A stretch of DNA of 64,000 bases, taken from an uncultured archaeon. GTDB lineage: Archaea > Iainarchaeota > Iainarchaeia > Iainarchaeales > GCA-2688035. Below, piece by piece: positions 16,611-25,400 of this stretch; position 1 is the stretch's first letter; each line of letters opens with the position of its first letter. Made by a program: the position numbers and the translations under genes. The stretch is from NCBI GenBank assembly GCA_964354805.1, contig CAYHBD010000030.1:6800-70799 (forward strand). Direction: 5' to 3'. The notes under the pieces are model-generated. The model searched no databases, was not told the DNA's origin, and worked only from the letters and a program-made list of their open reading frames with translations.

Positions 16611-18098
16611 TTAAAATTTTTCCTTTCCCGCCTCAAGTTTCCATAACAGTAATGGCAATTCCCCTATTTTAACCCTCTTCTGTTGCATTGAATCGCGCTC
16701 CCTGAGCGTAACAGCATCATCTTTCATTGAATCATAATCAACCGTAACAGCGAACGGAACGCCAACCTCGTCAACCCTTGCATACCTTTTTCCAATGCTT
16801 CCTTTCTCATCAAAGAAAACATCCAAGCTGAAAGAATTCAGTTCATTAAAAATTTGCTTTGCTTTCGCATCCAATCCATCTTTGCTCACCAATGGAAAAA
16901 CAGCGCAAAGATGAGGCGCAATGGCAGGGGGCAGCCTAAGGTAAATCCTTTCTTCAGGGCCTCTTTTCTCTTTCCTGAAAGCATTGTCCAAAACAACGTA
17001 AAAAGCCCTGTCAATTCCAGCCGACAGCTCAAAAACATGCGGGATGAATTCTTTGCCGTCCTCTTTTACCGCCAGTTTCTGCTTGCTCTGCTTTTGGTGC
17101 CCTGCCAAATCAAAATCAGTCCTGTAATTGCATGCAACCAGCTCAATCCAGCCCAAGTCTGTTTCCACTTCAAAATCCCATGTTTCCCTTGCATAAAAGG
17201 CCCTTTCATCCTTGCCAAGCTGCCTGAAACGCATTTTTCCAACAGCAATCCCAAAAGCCTCGTACAACTGCTGCAGCCTGGTCAAATAGTACGCAACCAG
17301 CTTGCCTGAAACAATTTTTTTTCCAACAGCATCCTTGCAGGAAACAGCATTAACCTTTTCCTTTCCAAACAAAAGCAAATTCAATTTATAGTTCTCCACT
17401 TCCTTAAAATTTTCCACTTCATTTATCTTTTCAGGGTTAAAGAACACTTCAATCTCCATTTGCCCTATTTCCCTCTCCCTGAGCAAAGTGTTTCTCGGGG
17501 CAATCTCGTTCCGAAAGCTGGCGCCTGCCTGCGCAATCGCCAAGGGCAGAGTCTGCCTAGCTGTTTTGTACAGCCTTTGGAAATCGCAAAAAATGCTCTG
17601 GCAGGTTTCAGGCCTAAGGTAAGCAGCCTGCTTTCCTGTTGCGCCTATGTCCACTTTCATCATCATGTTGAATTTTTTCACTTCACTAAAATCCTTGCCC
17701 CCGCACTTCGGGCACTTTACAGCGTGCTTTTCAATCAGCTTGTCCAGTTCGCTTGTTGCAAGGCTTTCCGGAACAATTCCCTCAACTTTTTCCGCAATCA
17801 GCTTGTCAGCCCTGTGCAGTGAATTGCATTTCCTGCACTGCACAATTGGATCGTTAAAGTTTTCAATGTGCCCGCTTGCTTTGAACACTTCTTCAGGCAG
17901 AATCTGCGAACCGAATATTTCAACCATTCCTTCCTTTTCAACCAGCTGCTTTCTCCACAAATCAATAATTTTTCTCCTGATTGTTTCCCCTTCCAAAGCG
18001 AAATCAAAAAAGCCTGAGGCAGCGCTGCTGTATATTTCGGCAGCCGGGAAAAACAAGCCCCTCCGCAGAGCCAGATTAACCAATTCATCCTTTGGCAT
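16611..18098 (-). CDS. glyS: Glycine--tRNA ligase, archaeal/eukaryotic dimeric type
   Basis: N-terminus LALRRGLFFPAAEIYSSAASGFFDFALEG, class II core motifs and a C-terminal anticodon-binding region. Confidence 0.9.
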   Translation of the reverse strand: MPKDELVNLALRRGLFFPAAEIYSSAASGFFDFALEGETIRRKIIDLWRKQLVEKEGMVEIFGSQILPEEVFKASGHIENFNDPIVQCRKCNSLHRADKLIAEKVEGIVPESLATSELDKLIEKHAVKCPKCGGKDFSEVKKFNMMMKVDIGATGKQAAYLRPETCQSIFCDFQRLYKTARQTLPLAIAQAGASFRNEIAPRNTLLREREIGQMEIEVFFNPEKINEVENFKEVENYKLNLLLFGKEKVNAVSCKDAVGKKIVSGKLVAYYLTRLQQLYEAFGIAVGKMRFRQLGKDERAFYARETWDFEVETDLGWIELVACNYRTDFDLAGHQKQSKQKLAVKEDGKEFIPHVFELSAGIDRAFYVVLDNAFRKEKRGPEERIYLRLPPAIAPHLCAVFPLVSKDGLDAKAKQIFNELNSFSLDVFFDEKGSIGKRYARVDEVGVPFAVTVDYDSMKDDAVTLRERDSMQQKRVKIGELPLLLWKLEAGKEKF

Positions 18099-18202
18099 AA
18101 TTAACTAAAATAATGGATTAAGTGTTTTAATAAATTGCTGTTTTTGCCATTAAGGCTGATTTTCGCAATTTCCGCTTCTTGATTAATCTTTTAAATTATT
18201 GA

Positions 18203-19027
18203 TTGTCTAATGTTATAACTATGCAGGACAGATTGCAGCAATTGAGGCAAAAGCTTATTCAAAAAGCCAAAAAGCAGGTTCAAATCAAGTATGCTGAAAG
18301 CGATGTGCACATAATCAGGGCAGTAAGCGCTTTGCAGGATTTGGATGCTTCTTTCAACCTGCTTGCGGAGAACTGCATTGAGTGGTACGGCGCACATTTC
18401 CCAGAATTGCAGCAGCAGCTGCGCAACAACGAATTGTGCCTGCAGCTGATTTGCTCACTCGGAGAGAGAAAAAATTTCAGCGAAAAAAAGCTTGTGGAAA
18501 TAGTCAAGGAAAAGGAAAAGGTCAACGGCATTATGGCTGCCGCGGGAAAAAGCATGGGCAGCGATGTAAAACCTGATGTTTTGAGCGCATTGAAAGAGCT
18601 TGCAGAAAACTCATTGAACCTGAAAAAAGAAAGGGTGGCATTGGAGAAAATGATTGAAAAAGAAATGAGCGCATATGCCCCGAACACTGCCCTGCTTGCT
18701 GGGCCTGTTCTTGCTGCAAGGCTGCTTGCGGCAGCAGGCGGACTGCGGCAGCTTGCATTAATGCCTGCAAGCACGATTCAACTGCTTGGGGCGGAGAAGG
18801 CATTGTTCCTGCATTTGAGGAACCCGAAAATCAAGGGCCCGAAGTACGGTTTCCTGTACCAGCACGCTCTGGTGAGGAGTGTACAGCCAAAGCACAAGGG
18901 AAAGGTTGCGAGAAGCGTTGCAGCAAAGCTTGCGATTTCAGCAAAAGTTGATTTTTTTGGCTCAAAGGAAAAAATCGCCGAAAAAATGCTGCTTGAACTG
19001 AAAGAGAAAATAAAAAAATTGCATTAG
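18203..19027 (+). CDS. nop5: C/D box sRNP protein Nop5 (Nop56/58 homolog), short form
   Basis: AHFPEL motif and NOP-domain signature LMPASTIQLLGAEKALFLHL...GPKYGFLYQHALV. Lies directly upstream of fibrillarin. Confidence 0.85.
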   Translation: MSNVITMQDRLQQLRQKLIQKAKKQVQIKYAESDVHIIRAVSALQDLDASFNLLAENCIEWYGAHFPELQQQLRNNELCLQLICSLGERKNFSEKKLVEIVKEKEKVNGIMAAAGKSMGSDVKPDVLSALKELAENSLNLKKERVALEKMIEKEMSAYAPNTALLAGPVLAARLLAAAGGLRQLALMPASTIQLLGAEKALFLHLRNPKIKGPKYGFLYQHALVRSVQPKHKGKVARSVAAKLAISAKVDFFGSKEKIAEKMLLELKEKIKKLH

Positions 19028-19034
19028 GTGGATC

Positions 19035-19700
19035 TTGTTGCAGGAATTGTTTCCGGGTGTTTTCAGTGACGCAACAAGATTGTTTACTGCAAACGCAGTG
19101 CCAGGCACCAGGGTTTACGGCGAGCGTTTGGTGAAAGAAAGTGGGGTTGAATTCAGGCAGTGGGATGCTTTCAGGAGCAAGCTTGCTGCTGCAATAAAAA
19201 ACGGATTGAGTGAAATGCCGGTAAAGCCAGACAGCAATGTCCTTTACCTTGGCGCTGCTGAGGGAACAACAGTAAGCCATGTTGCTGACATTATTGGGGA
19301 GAAAGGCATTGCCTTTGGAGTTGATGTAAGCGAAAGGGTAATGAGAAAGTTCATTTTGATTTGCGAGCAGCGCAAGAACATTGTCCCGATTTTGGCTGAT
19401 GCCGGCAATCCAAAAACATATGAGGAATACATTGAAGGAAAAAAAATCGATGTATTGTACCAGGATGTGAGCCAGAAAAACCAGGCTGAGATTTTCCTGA
19501 AAAACAGCGGGTGCTTTCTGCGCAAGGGAGCGCATGGCCTGCTTGCAATAAAGGCAAAAAGCATCAGCCAGCAAAAGCCTGTGAACGAAGTGTTTGAAAA
19601 TGAAATAAGCAAATTAAAAGAGCAATTCAATATAAAGCAGGTAATCAACCTCAAGCCATTTGAAAAAGACCATGTGATGGTGCTATGCGAAAAGAAATAA
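19035..19700 (+). CDS. flpA: Fibrillarin-like rRNA/tRNA 2'-O-methyltransferase
   Basis: GTRVYGERL, VLYLGAAEGTTVSHVADI and VLYQDVSQ motifs. Confidence 0.9.
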   Translation: MLQELFPGVFSDATRLFTANAVPGTRVYGERLVKESGVEFRQWDAFRSKLAAAIKNGLSEMPVKPDSNVLYLGAAEGTTVSHVADIIGEKGIAFGVDVSERVMRKFILICEQRKNIVPILADAGNPKTYEEYIEGKKIDVLYQDVSQKNQAEIFLKNSGCFLRKGAHGLLAIKAKSISQQKPVNEVFENEISKLKEQFNIKQVINLKPFEKDHVMVLCEKK

Positions 19701-20245
19701 GGCGGCAGTTCATTCACTTCTTCTTCGGCTCAATCTTCATTATATTGATTTTAATATTCGGGGTGCAGCAAACACTGCTTTTTTTGAGCGCCGTTTTCCT
19801 AATAGGGCTGCTTTTCTCTTTCCTTCTCAAAAAAGGAATAAATGTCCCGTTGATCTGGCACGTTGTTAAAAAGGTTGAAAGGGACTACGAACAGCACCTG
19901 CCTGGCAAGGGAGCACTGCTGCTTGTTTTAAGCGCAATAATTGTAATGGCGTTATTCTTGCAAAACGAAAAAATTGTGCTTGGCGCACTGTGCGCTGTTG
20001 TTTACGGGGACAGCACCTCAACAGTGATTGGCATTGCAATAGGAAAGCACAAAATCCTTGGAAAAAGAACCTGGGAGGGAACGCTTGGCGGAATGCTGTT
20101 TGCATTCATCTTCCTGCAGCTGCTTTTCCCACTGCACATTGCCCTCATTACAGCAGCCGTTGGAATGGCAGCAGAGCTGCTGCCGTTTGACGACAACTTC
20201 ACAATTCCCATTGCGGCTGGTGTGGTGCTGGCGATTTTAATTTGA
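19685..20245 (+). CDS. Integral membrane protein of the CTP-dependent polyprenol kinase / cytidylyltransferase superfamily
   Basis: Multiple TM helices and the motif VYGDSTSTVIGIAIGKHK...RTWEGTLGG. Confidence 0.5.
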   Translation: MRKEIRRQFIHFFFGSIFIILILIFGVQQTLLFLSAVFLIGLLFSFLLKKGINVPLIWHVVKKVERDYEQHLPGKGALLLVLSAIIVMALFLQNEKIVLGALCAVVYGDSTSTVIGIAIGKHKILGKRTWEGTLGGMLFAFIFLQLLFPLHIALITAAVGMAAELLPFDDNFTIPIAAGVVLAILI

Positions 20246-20336
20246 TGCTTCCTATAGCCCTGCAGCAATTTATTATAAATTTTCCCTCACCCCATATTAT
20301 TATCCATGGACCCATAGCCTAGTGGATAGGGCAACT

Positions 20337-20370
20337 AAAGAGGTGAGTTTTTCAATTCTCTCTTTTGCAA
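20337..20370 (+). other. tRNA-Arg intron 1 (34 nt) at non-canonical position 29/30
   Basis: hBHBh' motif: outer helix AGG/CCT, central helix GCAA/TTGC, 3-nt bulges CTA and AAG, inner helix AAGAG/CTCTT. Confidence 0.75.
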
Positions 20371-20378
20371 GCCTCCTA

Positions 20379-20444
20379 AAGCCTTTTCTTTAGAAAAGAA
20401 AAGGCTTGCGAAAAGAAATTTTTCGCTCTGCAAAAAACGGGGCT
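20379..20444 (+). other. tRNA-Arg intron 2 (66 nt) at canonical position 37/38, made of hairpin-repeat modules
   Basis: Central helix CTCC/GGGG with bulges TAA and CTA. It contains a perfect 11-bp hairpin GCCTTTTCTTT/AAAGAAAAGGC and the hairpin GCGAAAA/TTTTCGC. Confidence 0.8.
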
Positions 20445-20481
20445 AGCAGTAGGTCGTGGGTTCGATTCCCACTGGGTCCGT

Positions 20482-21003
20482 ATGGCTTGGTTAAAGCGTT
20501 TGAAGCACAAAGCCAAGAAAGCAGTTGTTGTGCTCAGGTCAAGGCCTCTGCTGAGAGACCCAACAGCTTTAGGAGTTCCAAGGGTTATTTGGAAAACGAA
20601 ATCGCATGGGAGAAGAATCATTTGGAAAAGCCCAGCAGAGCCAAGGGAAATTGAGGCAAGAAAGATTCTGCCAAAAATTGTGCCAAAAGAATGTGACACT
20701 TTTTATTTCAGGCTATCAAAGAGATACCCTTACAAAATTGGCGCAAAGCGCTGGGAGCAGTACTATGATTTGCCTTCAATGGAAGATGTTTTCCACGGTA
20801 GAATGCACAGGCGAATGAGAAAACTTCTGCGGGAAAAGAGAATATCTTTCGAAAAACTGCTGAACATGTGCACTGAAGCGGAAGAGGAATTGCACAAAAT
20901 CCTAAGGGAACACAAAGATGAATTGAATCTTGACCTTGGTCCAGACCAATTAATGGTTGGCGTAAGAAACGGCAAATTGGACCTAATTTTGGTTGATGTA
21001 TAA
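20482..21003 (+). CDS. Hypothetical basic protein
   Basis: 173-aa ORF starting right after the tRNA. No recognisable motif, and the start is uncertain. Confidence 0.3.
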   Translation: MAWLKRLKHKAKKAVVVLRSRPLLRDPTALGVPRVIWKTKSHGRRIIWKSPAEPREIEARKILPKIVPKECDTFYFRLSKRYPYKIGAKRWEQYYDLPSMEDVFHGRMHRRMRKLLREKRISFEKLLNMCTEAEEELHKILREHKDELNLDLGPDQLMVGVRNGKLDLILVDV

Positions 21004-21117
21004 CCCTGTTCGTCAAAACCCCAAATTTTTTCACAGGTTAATGGCAATTGACGAAACCCTTTAAAAGCTGTTTTGGTTAATTTACTTTTAAGTGGGTTAA
21101 TTTTTTGGGTGTTTTGA

Positions 21118-21831
21118 GTGGCTGAGAAGCTGACTACAACAATTGCCGGGGAAATCTGCCTGAGCAAGGACCCGGGCGGCAGCATGAAAAAGTGGCGGGA
21201 GATTTTTGGCGTAACGCAGACAGAGCTGGCACTACACTTGAAGGTTACTAACAGCACTATTTCCGATTATGAGGGCGGAAGGAGAAAAAGCCCTGGAATT
21301 GCGGTCATAAGCAGGCTTGTTAATTCGTTGATTGAAATGGACAATGGCAGGGGCGGCAAGGTTGTAAAGCAATTGGAGAAGGATTTCAAGCCGAAGGAAG
21401 AGGCTTTTGATTCGCACGAGTTCAGCGCAGCAATGAAGGGCCCTGATTTTGCGAAAAAGATTGACGCAACATGCGTTGCAAACCAAAGCAGATTGAAGGA
21501 CGTTCAGATTTACGGCTTCACTGTAATCGACAGCATGAAGGTCATCTTGGAAGTGCCTGTTCACGAATACATGCTTTTGTACGGGAAAACGCCTGACAGG
21601 GCGCTGATTTTCAGGTTTGTAGAGAACGGAAGAAGCCCGCTGATTGCAGTGAAGATCGGCAGGTTCAGCACTGACATGAGGCCAGCAATCGTTGTGCTGC
21701 ACGGAAAAATCACTGCCGAAACAGTTGACCCAATTGCAATAAAGATTGCTGAAAGCGAAAAAATCCCGCTGCTCGTAACGCAGAAAAGCATTGAGGAAAT
21801 AATGGCTGAACTGAAAAAATTTGAGAGCTGA
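21118..21831 (+). CDS. XRE-type HTH transcriptional regulator with a C-terminal domain
   Basis: The HTH segment FGVTQTELALHLKVTNSTISDYEGGRRKS is typical of the Cro/C1 family. Confidence 0.6.
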   Translation: MAEKLTTTIAGEICLSKDPGGSMKKWREIFGVTQTELALHLKVTNSTISDYEGGRRKSPGIAVISRLVNSLIEMDNGRGGKVVKQLEKDFKPKEEAFDSHEFSAAMKGPDFAKKIDATCVANQSRLKDVQIYGFTVIDSMKVILEVPVHEYMLLYGKTPDRALIFRFVENGRSPLIAVKIGRFSTDMRPAIVVLHGKITAETVDPIAIKIAESEKIPLLVTQKSIEEIMAELKKFES

Positions 21832-21868
21832 AAAAATAAAGCAAATTCAAATTAAAAAAATCCGAGAG

Positions 21869-22603
21869 CTAAATCCTGAGCGCGAATGTTTCCCTCTTTT
21901 TCTGTTTCCCTGTCCTGTCAACTCCAATCAGCTTGAATGTTTTCGTTGCATCTGTTTTGAATTCTTTTTCCAGCTGCTTTACAGCCAAGGCAGCTGCTTT
22001 TTTTGATCCGACTATTGCATCGATTGAGTTTTTTTTCTGTGTTGCGGAAACAATTGCGGCCAGACCGTCTCTTTTTTGCAGGGATGCGAGCAATTGCCTC
22101 AGCCTGTTGAAAGCAGCAGCTGCTTTTTCCCCCCTAAGCTGCACTATTGCCTCAAAGTAATTGCTTTTCAGCTTCATGCAAGCATCGCACTGCATTGCGG
22201 GAAAAGAGATTGTTGTTTTCCTTTCAACCAGAACAGGCGTGTTTTCAATTACGCCCTTTGCCGTTACGATTGCCTGCATTTCCTTTTCACTCAACCGCTG
22301 CAATTCAACTGACAGGGCAGCATCTGTCAGCTCCTTAACCTTGCATTTTTTTTTGACGAACTGCTTCAATAGTTCCAAGTCAAAAGCGTGCATTTTCCCT
22401 GAAAGCAAAATTTTTCCGCATTGCTTGCAGCGCTGCAACTCGATTTTTTCAGGCAACTGCAGAAGCGTGTGCTCTTTCAGGAAGCACTGGAGGCAGCTGC
22501 CCCTTACAAAAAGGCTGTCTGTTGCACCGCAGCTCGGGCAAAATAATCTGCCCAAAGCCTTTTTGCCTTTTGGCAAAAAGCCTTGGGAAAAGTTGCTTCG
22601 CAT
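21869..22603 (-). CDS. NMD3-family protein (archaeal homolog of the ribosome export adaptor)
   Basis: N-terminal double zinc motif FCPSCG...CLQCF...CKQCGK. Start set at ATG 22603, 4 nt after the upstream stop. The track ORF extends to 22645. Confidence 0.7.
   Translation of the reverse strand: MRSNFSQGFLPKGKKALGRLFCPSCGATDSLFVRGSCLQCFLKEHTLLQLPEKIELQRCKQCGKILLSGKMHAFDLELLKQFVKKKCKVKELTDAALSVELQRLSEKEMQAIVTAKGVIENTPVLVERKTTISFPAMQCDACMKLKSNYFEAIVQLRGEKAAAAFNRLRQLLASLQKRDGLAAIVSATQKKNSIDAIVGSKKAAALAVKQLEKEFKTDATKTFKLIGVDRTGKQKKRETFALRI
22551..22601. repeat. Hairpin-repeat family copy forming the first 16 or so codons of the NMD3-like gene
   Basis: Gene-sense sequence GCGAAGCAACTTTTCCCAAGGCTTTTTGCCAAAAGGCAAAAAGGCTTTGGG, with a 9-bp hairpin CTTTTTGCC/GGCAAAAAG. 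It encodes RSNFSQGFLPKGKKALG, similar to the peptides encoded by the pilin arrays. Confidence 0.75.
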
Positions 22604-22607
22604 CCCA

Positions 22608-23450
22608 TTAACCCACCTTGAGGAATTGCTTTTTTTCAAAGCCAAAGTAGAAAACAGTACTTAACACGTAGTAGTATGTGGCAAAAACTGCCAGCAGAAA
22701 CCTTACCACTATCAATAAGGAAAAAACAGCCAATTGCTGAAGCAAATTCTGTGGCCCTATTAACCATACATCAACGCTTAAGAAAATACTGATGCCCATC
22801 GTTAAAAGAAAAAAAATGAATGCTTTTATAATATTTGTGTTGTGTTTAAACGAAACTGATACTGTTTGCTTAAGTGTTTTGGAAAAATTTAAGTTCTCTA
22901 AAGAGCCAATGGGGTAAATCAAAAAATATATGAATATAAACCAAAAGAACATTGCCAATAAAGCCGCAAAAACCAAGATTGCAGACAAAAATAAATCCCC
23001 TGATAAATAGGATGTGTAAGCAAACCAAGTAAGTGGCAACCAAACAATAAGGATTGCCACCAAAGCGGCAAATAAGGGCATAAAAATTTTTCCGAAGTGA
23101 TGCAAAACATTTTGCAATGCATTCTTAAAAGATATTTTTCTCTTTTTATAATAATCTTGGACCATTGGGGGATACATCGGATTTATAAGAAAAAAATCAA
23201 TCGAATCAACTGCCAGACTGTATAAGGCAATAATAAGCATAGAACCGATTATATCCAACGCCCTACTTAATTCACTGCTGCTCAAATTATATGGATTCAA
23301 AAGGGACGTATCCAATTGAAGCCCGTAATAGGTAAGCAGAATAAATGCAGGCAACTGAAAGAATGCAACCAGAATCTTCGGAATGAACAGTTTGGGGCAC
23401 ATTCGCAGCAGAAGAAAGCTGTCAACCATGATTCTGTAAAAGCTCATCAA
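22608..23450 (-). CDS. Polytopic membrane protein, hypothetical
   Basis: 280 aa with at least six hydrophobic helices. No catalytic motif recognised. Confidence 0.5.
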   Translation of the reverse strand: MMSFYRIMVDSFLLLRMCPKLFIPKILVAFFQLPAFILLTYYGLQLDTSLLNPYNLSSSELSRALDIIGSMLIIALYSLAVDSIDFFLINPMYPPMVQDYYKKRKISFKNALQNVLHHFGKIFMPLFAALVAILIVWLPLTWFAYTSYLSGDLFLSAILVFAALLAMFFWFIFIYFLIYPIGSLENLNFSKTLKQTVSVSFKHNTNIIKAFIFFLLTMGISIFLSVDVWLIGPQNLLQQLAVFSLLIVVRFLLAVFATYYYVLSTVFYFGFEKKQFLKVG

Positions 23451-23478
23451 TGCTCACTTAAACAATTTTATTCCGTTT

Positions 23479-24756
23479 TTACTCGTTTAATGCAATTTTT
23501 TTCCCAAGCTGCGGGACAATTGCCTCAATGCCTGTTTCTTCTTTTATTTTCTGCCTGAAAACATCAATCACTTCCTTGTCTCCGTGCACAAGCAAAACTT
23601 TCTCAGGCTGCCATTTCTTTATTGCATGCAGCATTTCCTGCTGCGAGGCATGCGCACTAAAATCAAATTTTGCAACCTTTGCTTTTACGTCATATAATTG
23701 ACCGTCAATCTCTATTTTATTTGTTTCCATAAGCATTCTGCCTGGCGTTCCTTCAACCTGGAAGCCCGTAAGGAAAATGCCGCTTTTCTCGTCATTGTGC
23801 AATCTCTTGATGTAATCAAATATCGGGCCGCCTGTAAGCATGCCTGATGTCGTAACAATTACGCCAGGCTTTTTCAATACCTTATTCCTTGCGCCCTTGT
23901 TCTTAACCCAGCTGGCGTGCTTTAATGCCTTTTGCAGCTGTTTCGGGTCCTTTAAATATTCAGGGAAGCGCATTGTTGCAAGAGCAACCCTCTGACCCAT
24001 TCCATCCAAATAAATTGGCGCATTCACCTTGTGCTCGAACAATATATCAATTATTTCCTGGCTTCTCCCGACAGCAAAAGCAGGCACCAAGGCAAAGCCC
24101 CCTTTTTCAATCGTGTTCTGCACTTCCTCTATAAAAAGTTTTTCGCACTCTTTCCTTTTTGGATGATTCCTGTCGCCGTAAGTTGACTCAATCGCAAGGT
24201 AATCGACCTTTCCAGTATTCAAGTCCGCTCCCTTGAACAAGCGAGTTTCCTCTGGCTTGAAATCTCCAGTATAGAGAAGGGTCTTTTCCCCCATTGCCAA
24301 TTTCACCATCGCGCTTCCGAGAATGTGCCCTGCATCAAAAAGGGTCATTGAGCAATGCTTGGTTATATCTAATTTTCTTTTGTAAACAGCAGGGAAAGTG
24401 AAACGTTCCGCTTTCGCTATATCCTCTTTTGAAAAAGGGACATTCTCGCTTTCCATTCCCGCAATATGCAGGCTGTCAAACCACAAAATTTTGCACAATT
24501 GCAGAGTCGGCGGGGTCATGTATGTAAGGAACTTGCTTTCAACAAAAAGCGAGGGCAGGCTTCCGCTGTGGTCCAAGTGCGCATGGCTTATTATTACTGC
24601 ATCTAGGTTTGTCTGGATAGGCAGCGGATCGAATGTTCCCTGCGGGAGCAGCTTTACTCCCCTTTCAAGCAGAAACTTTTCCCCGCTGTCAACAAGGAAA
24701 CTGCTTCTGCCGACCTCGTTGCATCCGCCTAACGCAGTGAAAGAAACAGGCCGCAT
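23479..24756 (-). CDS. Beta-CASP / metallo-beta-lactamase ribonuclease (aCPSF2-like, no KH domains)
   Basis: ISHAHLDHSG (HxHxDH), ESTYGDRNHP and the C-terminal LVHGD motif. Confidence 0.85.
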   Translation of the reverse strand: MRPVSFTALGGCNEVGRSSFLVDSGEKFLLERGVKLLPQGTFDPLPIQTNLDAVIISHAHLDHSGSLPSLFVESKFLTYMTPPTLQLCKILWFDSLHIAGMESENVPFSKEDIAKAERFTFPAVYKRKLDITKHCSMTLFDAGHILGSAMVKLAMGEKTLLYTGDFKPEETRLFKGADLNTGKVDYLAIESTYGDRNHPKRKECEKLFIEEVQNTIEKGGFALVPAFAVGRSQEIIDILFEHKVNAPIYLDGMGQRVALATMRFPEYLKDPKQLQKALKHASWVKNKGARNKVLKKPGVIVTTSGMLTGGPIFDYIKRLHNDEKSGIFLTGFQVEGTPGRMLMETNKIEIDGQLYDVKAKVAKFDFSAHASQQEMLHAIKKWQPEKVLLVHGDKEVIDVFRQKIKEETGIEAIVPQLGKKIALNE

Positions 24757-24808
24757 TTTGAATCAAGCCAATTTTTTTAAAATTTTTTAATTATTTCCCG
24801 CCAGAATT

Positions 24809-24991
24809 TTATTTAACCACAATCGCTTTCGCCGGGCAGCTTGCCTCGCAGGCCCTGCACTGAATGCAGTCATTCGGGTTTTTTACAACGGCTTTCCCTT
24901 TCTGCATTTCGAAAACATTGACAGGGCAAACCGAAACGCAGGTGCCGCAGCCAGTGCACTTGTTTTTGTCAACATAAGGCCTTTCAGCCAT
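24809..24991 (-). CDS. 2x[4Fe-4S] ferredoxin
   Basis: Two CxxCxxCxxxCP motifs: CTGCGTCVSVCP and CIQCRACEASCP. Confidence 0.85.
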   Translation of the reverse strand: MAERPYVDKNKCTGCGTCVSVCPVNVFEMQKGKAVVKNPNDCIQCRACEASCPAKAIVVK

Positions 24992-25060
24992 TTTGCCATC
25001 ACCTCTGGTTAAAAATTATTTTTTCCTTTCATTTACCTCTTTCTTTATCTCTGTTTAAAA

Positions 25061-25294
25061 TCACTTTTTCTTTCCCTTTGCCTCTTTTTTAATTGCCTCA
25101 TTCATTTCCTTGAGCAAAGAATCAATTTCCTTTTCATCCATGCCATGCGCTTTTGCGCCCTGCTCGACTGTTTCAAAAACGGCAACATGGCAGCCAACGC
25201 AATGCAACCCCCTGCCAAGCATTACAGGCACGGCATCAGGAAACACGCTGACCACTTCGCCAAGAGTCGTATTTCTCTCAATTTTTTTAACCAT
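25061..25294 (-). CDS. DUF1858-type redox disulfide protein
   Basis: TLGEVVSVFPDAVPVMLGRGLHCVGCHVAVFETVEQGAKAHGMD. Start set at MVKKIERN. The track ORF extends through the duplicated sequence to 25399. Confidence 0.6.
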   Translation of the reverse strand: MVKKIERNTTLGEVVSVFPDAVPVMLGRGLHCVGCHVAVFETVEQGAKAHGMDEKEIDSLLKEMNEAIKKEAKGKKK

Positions 25295-25300
25295 AAGGAA

Positions 25301-25400
25301 ATCAATCACAGAAAAGTTTTTTAAATGCCCCCTGACAGCAACGTGCTCAAAGCAATCACAGAAAAGTTTTTTAAATGCCCCTAACGGCAACGTGCCCAAA
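25301..25400. repeat. Tandem duplication (2 x about 49 nt) covering the 3' end of nrdG
   Basis: CAATCACAGAAAAGTTTTTTAAATGCCCC...GCAACGTGC.CAAAG occurs at 25304 and again at 25353. Copy 2 encodes the NrdG C-terminus (HVAVRGI). Confidence 0.8.

Larger units (their letters stand above)
20308..20480 (+). tRNA. tRNA-Arg (anticodon CCU) with two introns
   Basis: Exons 20308-20336, 20371-20378 and 20445-20480 splice to a 73-nt cloverleaf. It has acceptor GGACCCA/TGGGTCC, anticodon arm ACTGC-CTCCTAA-GCAGT, T arm GTGGG-TTCGATT-CCCAC and discriminator G. Confidence 0.85.
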
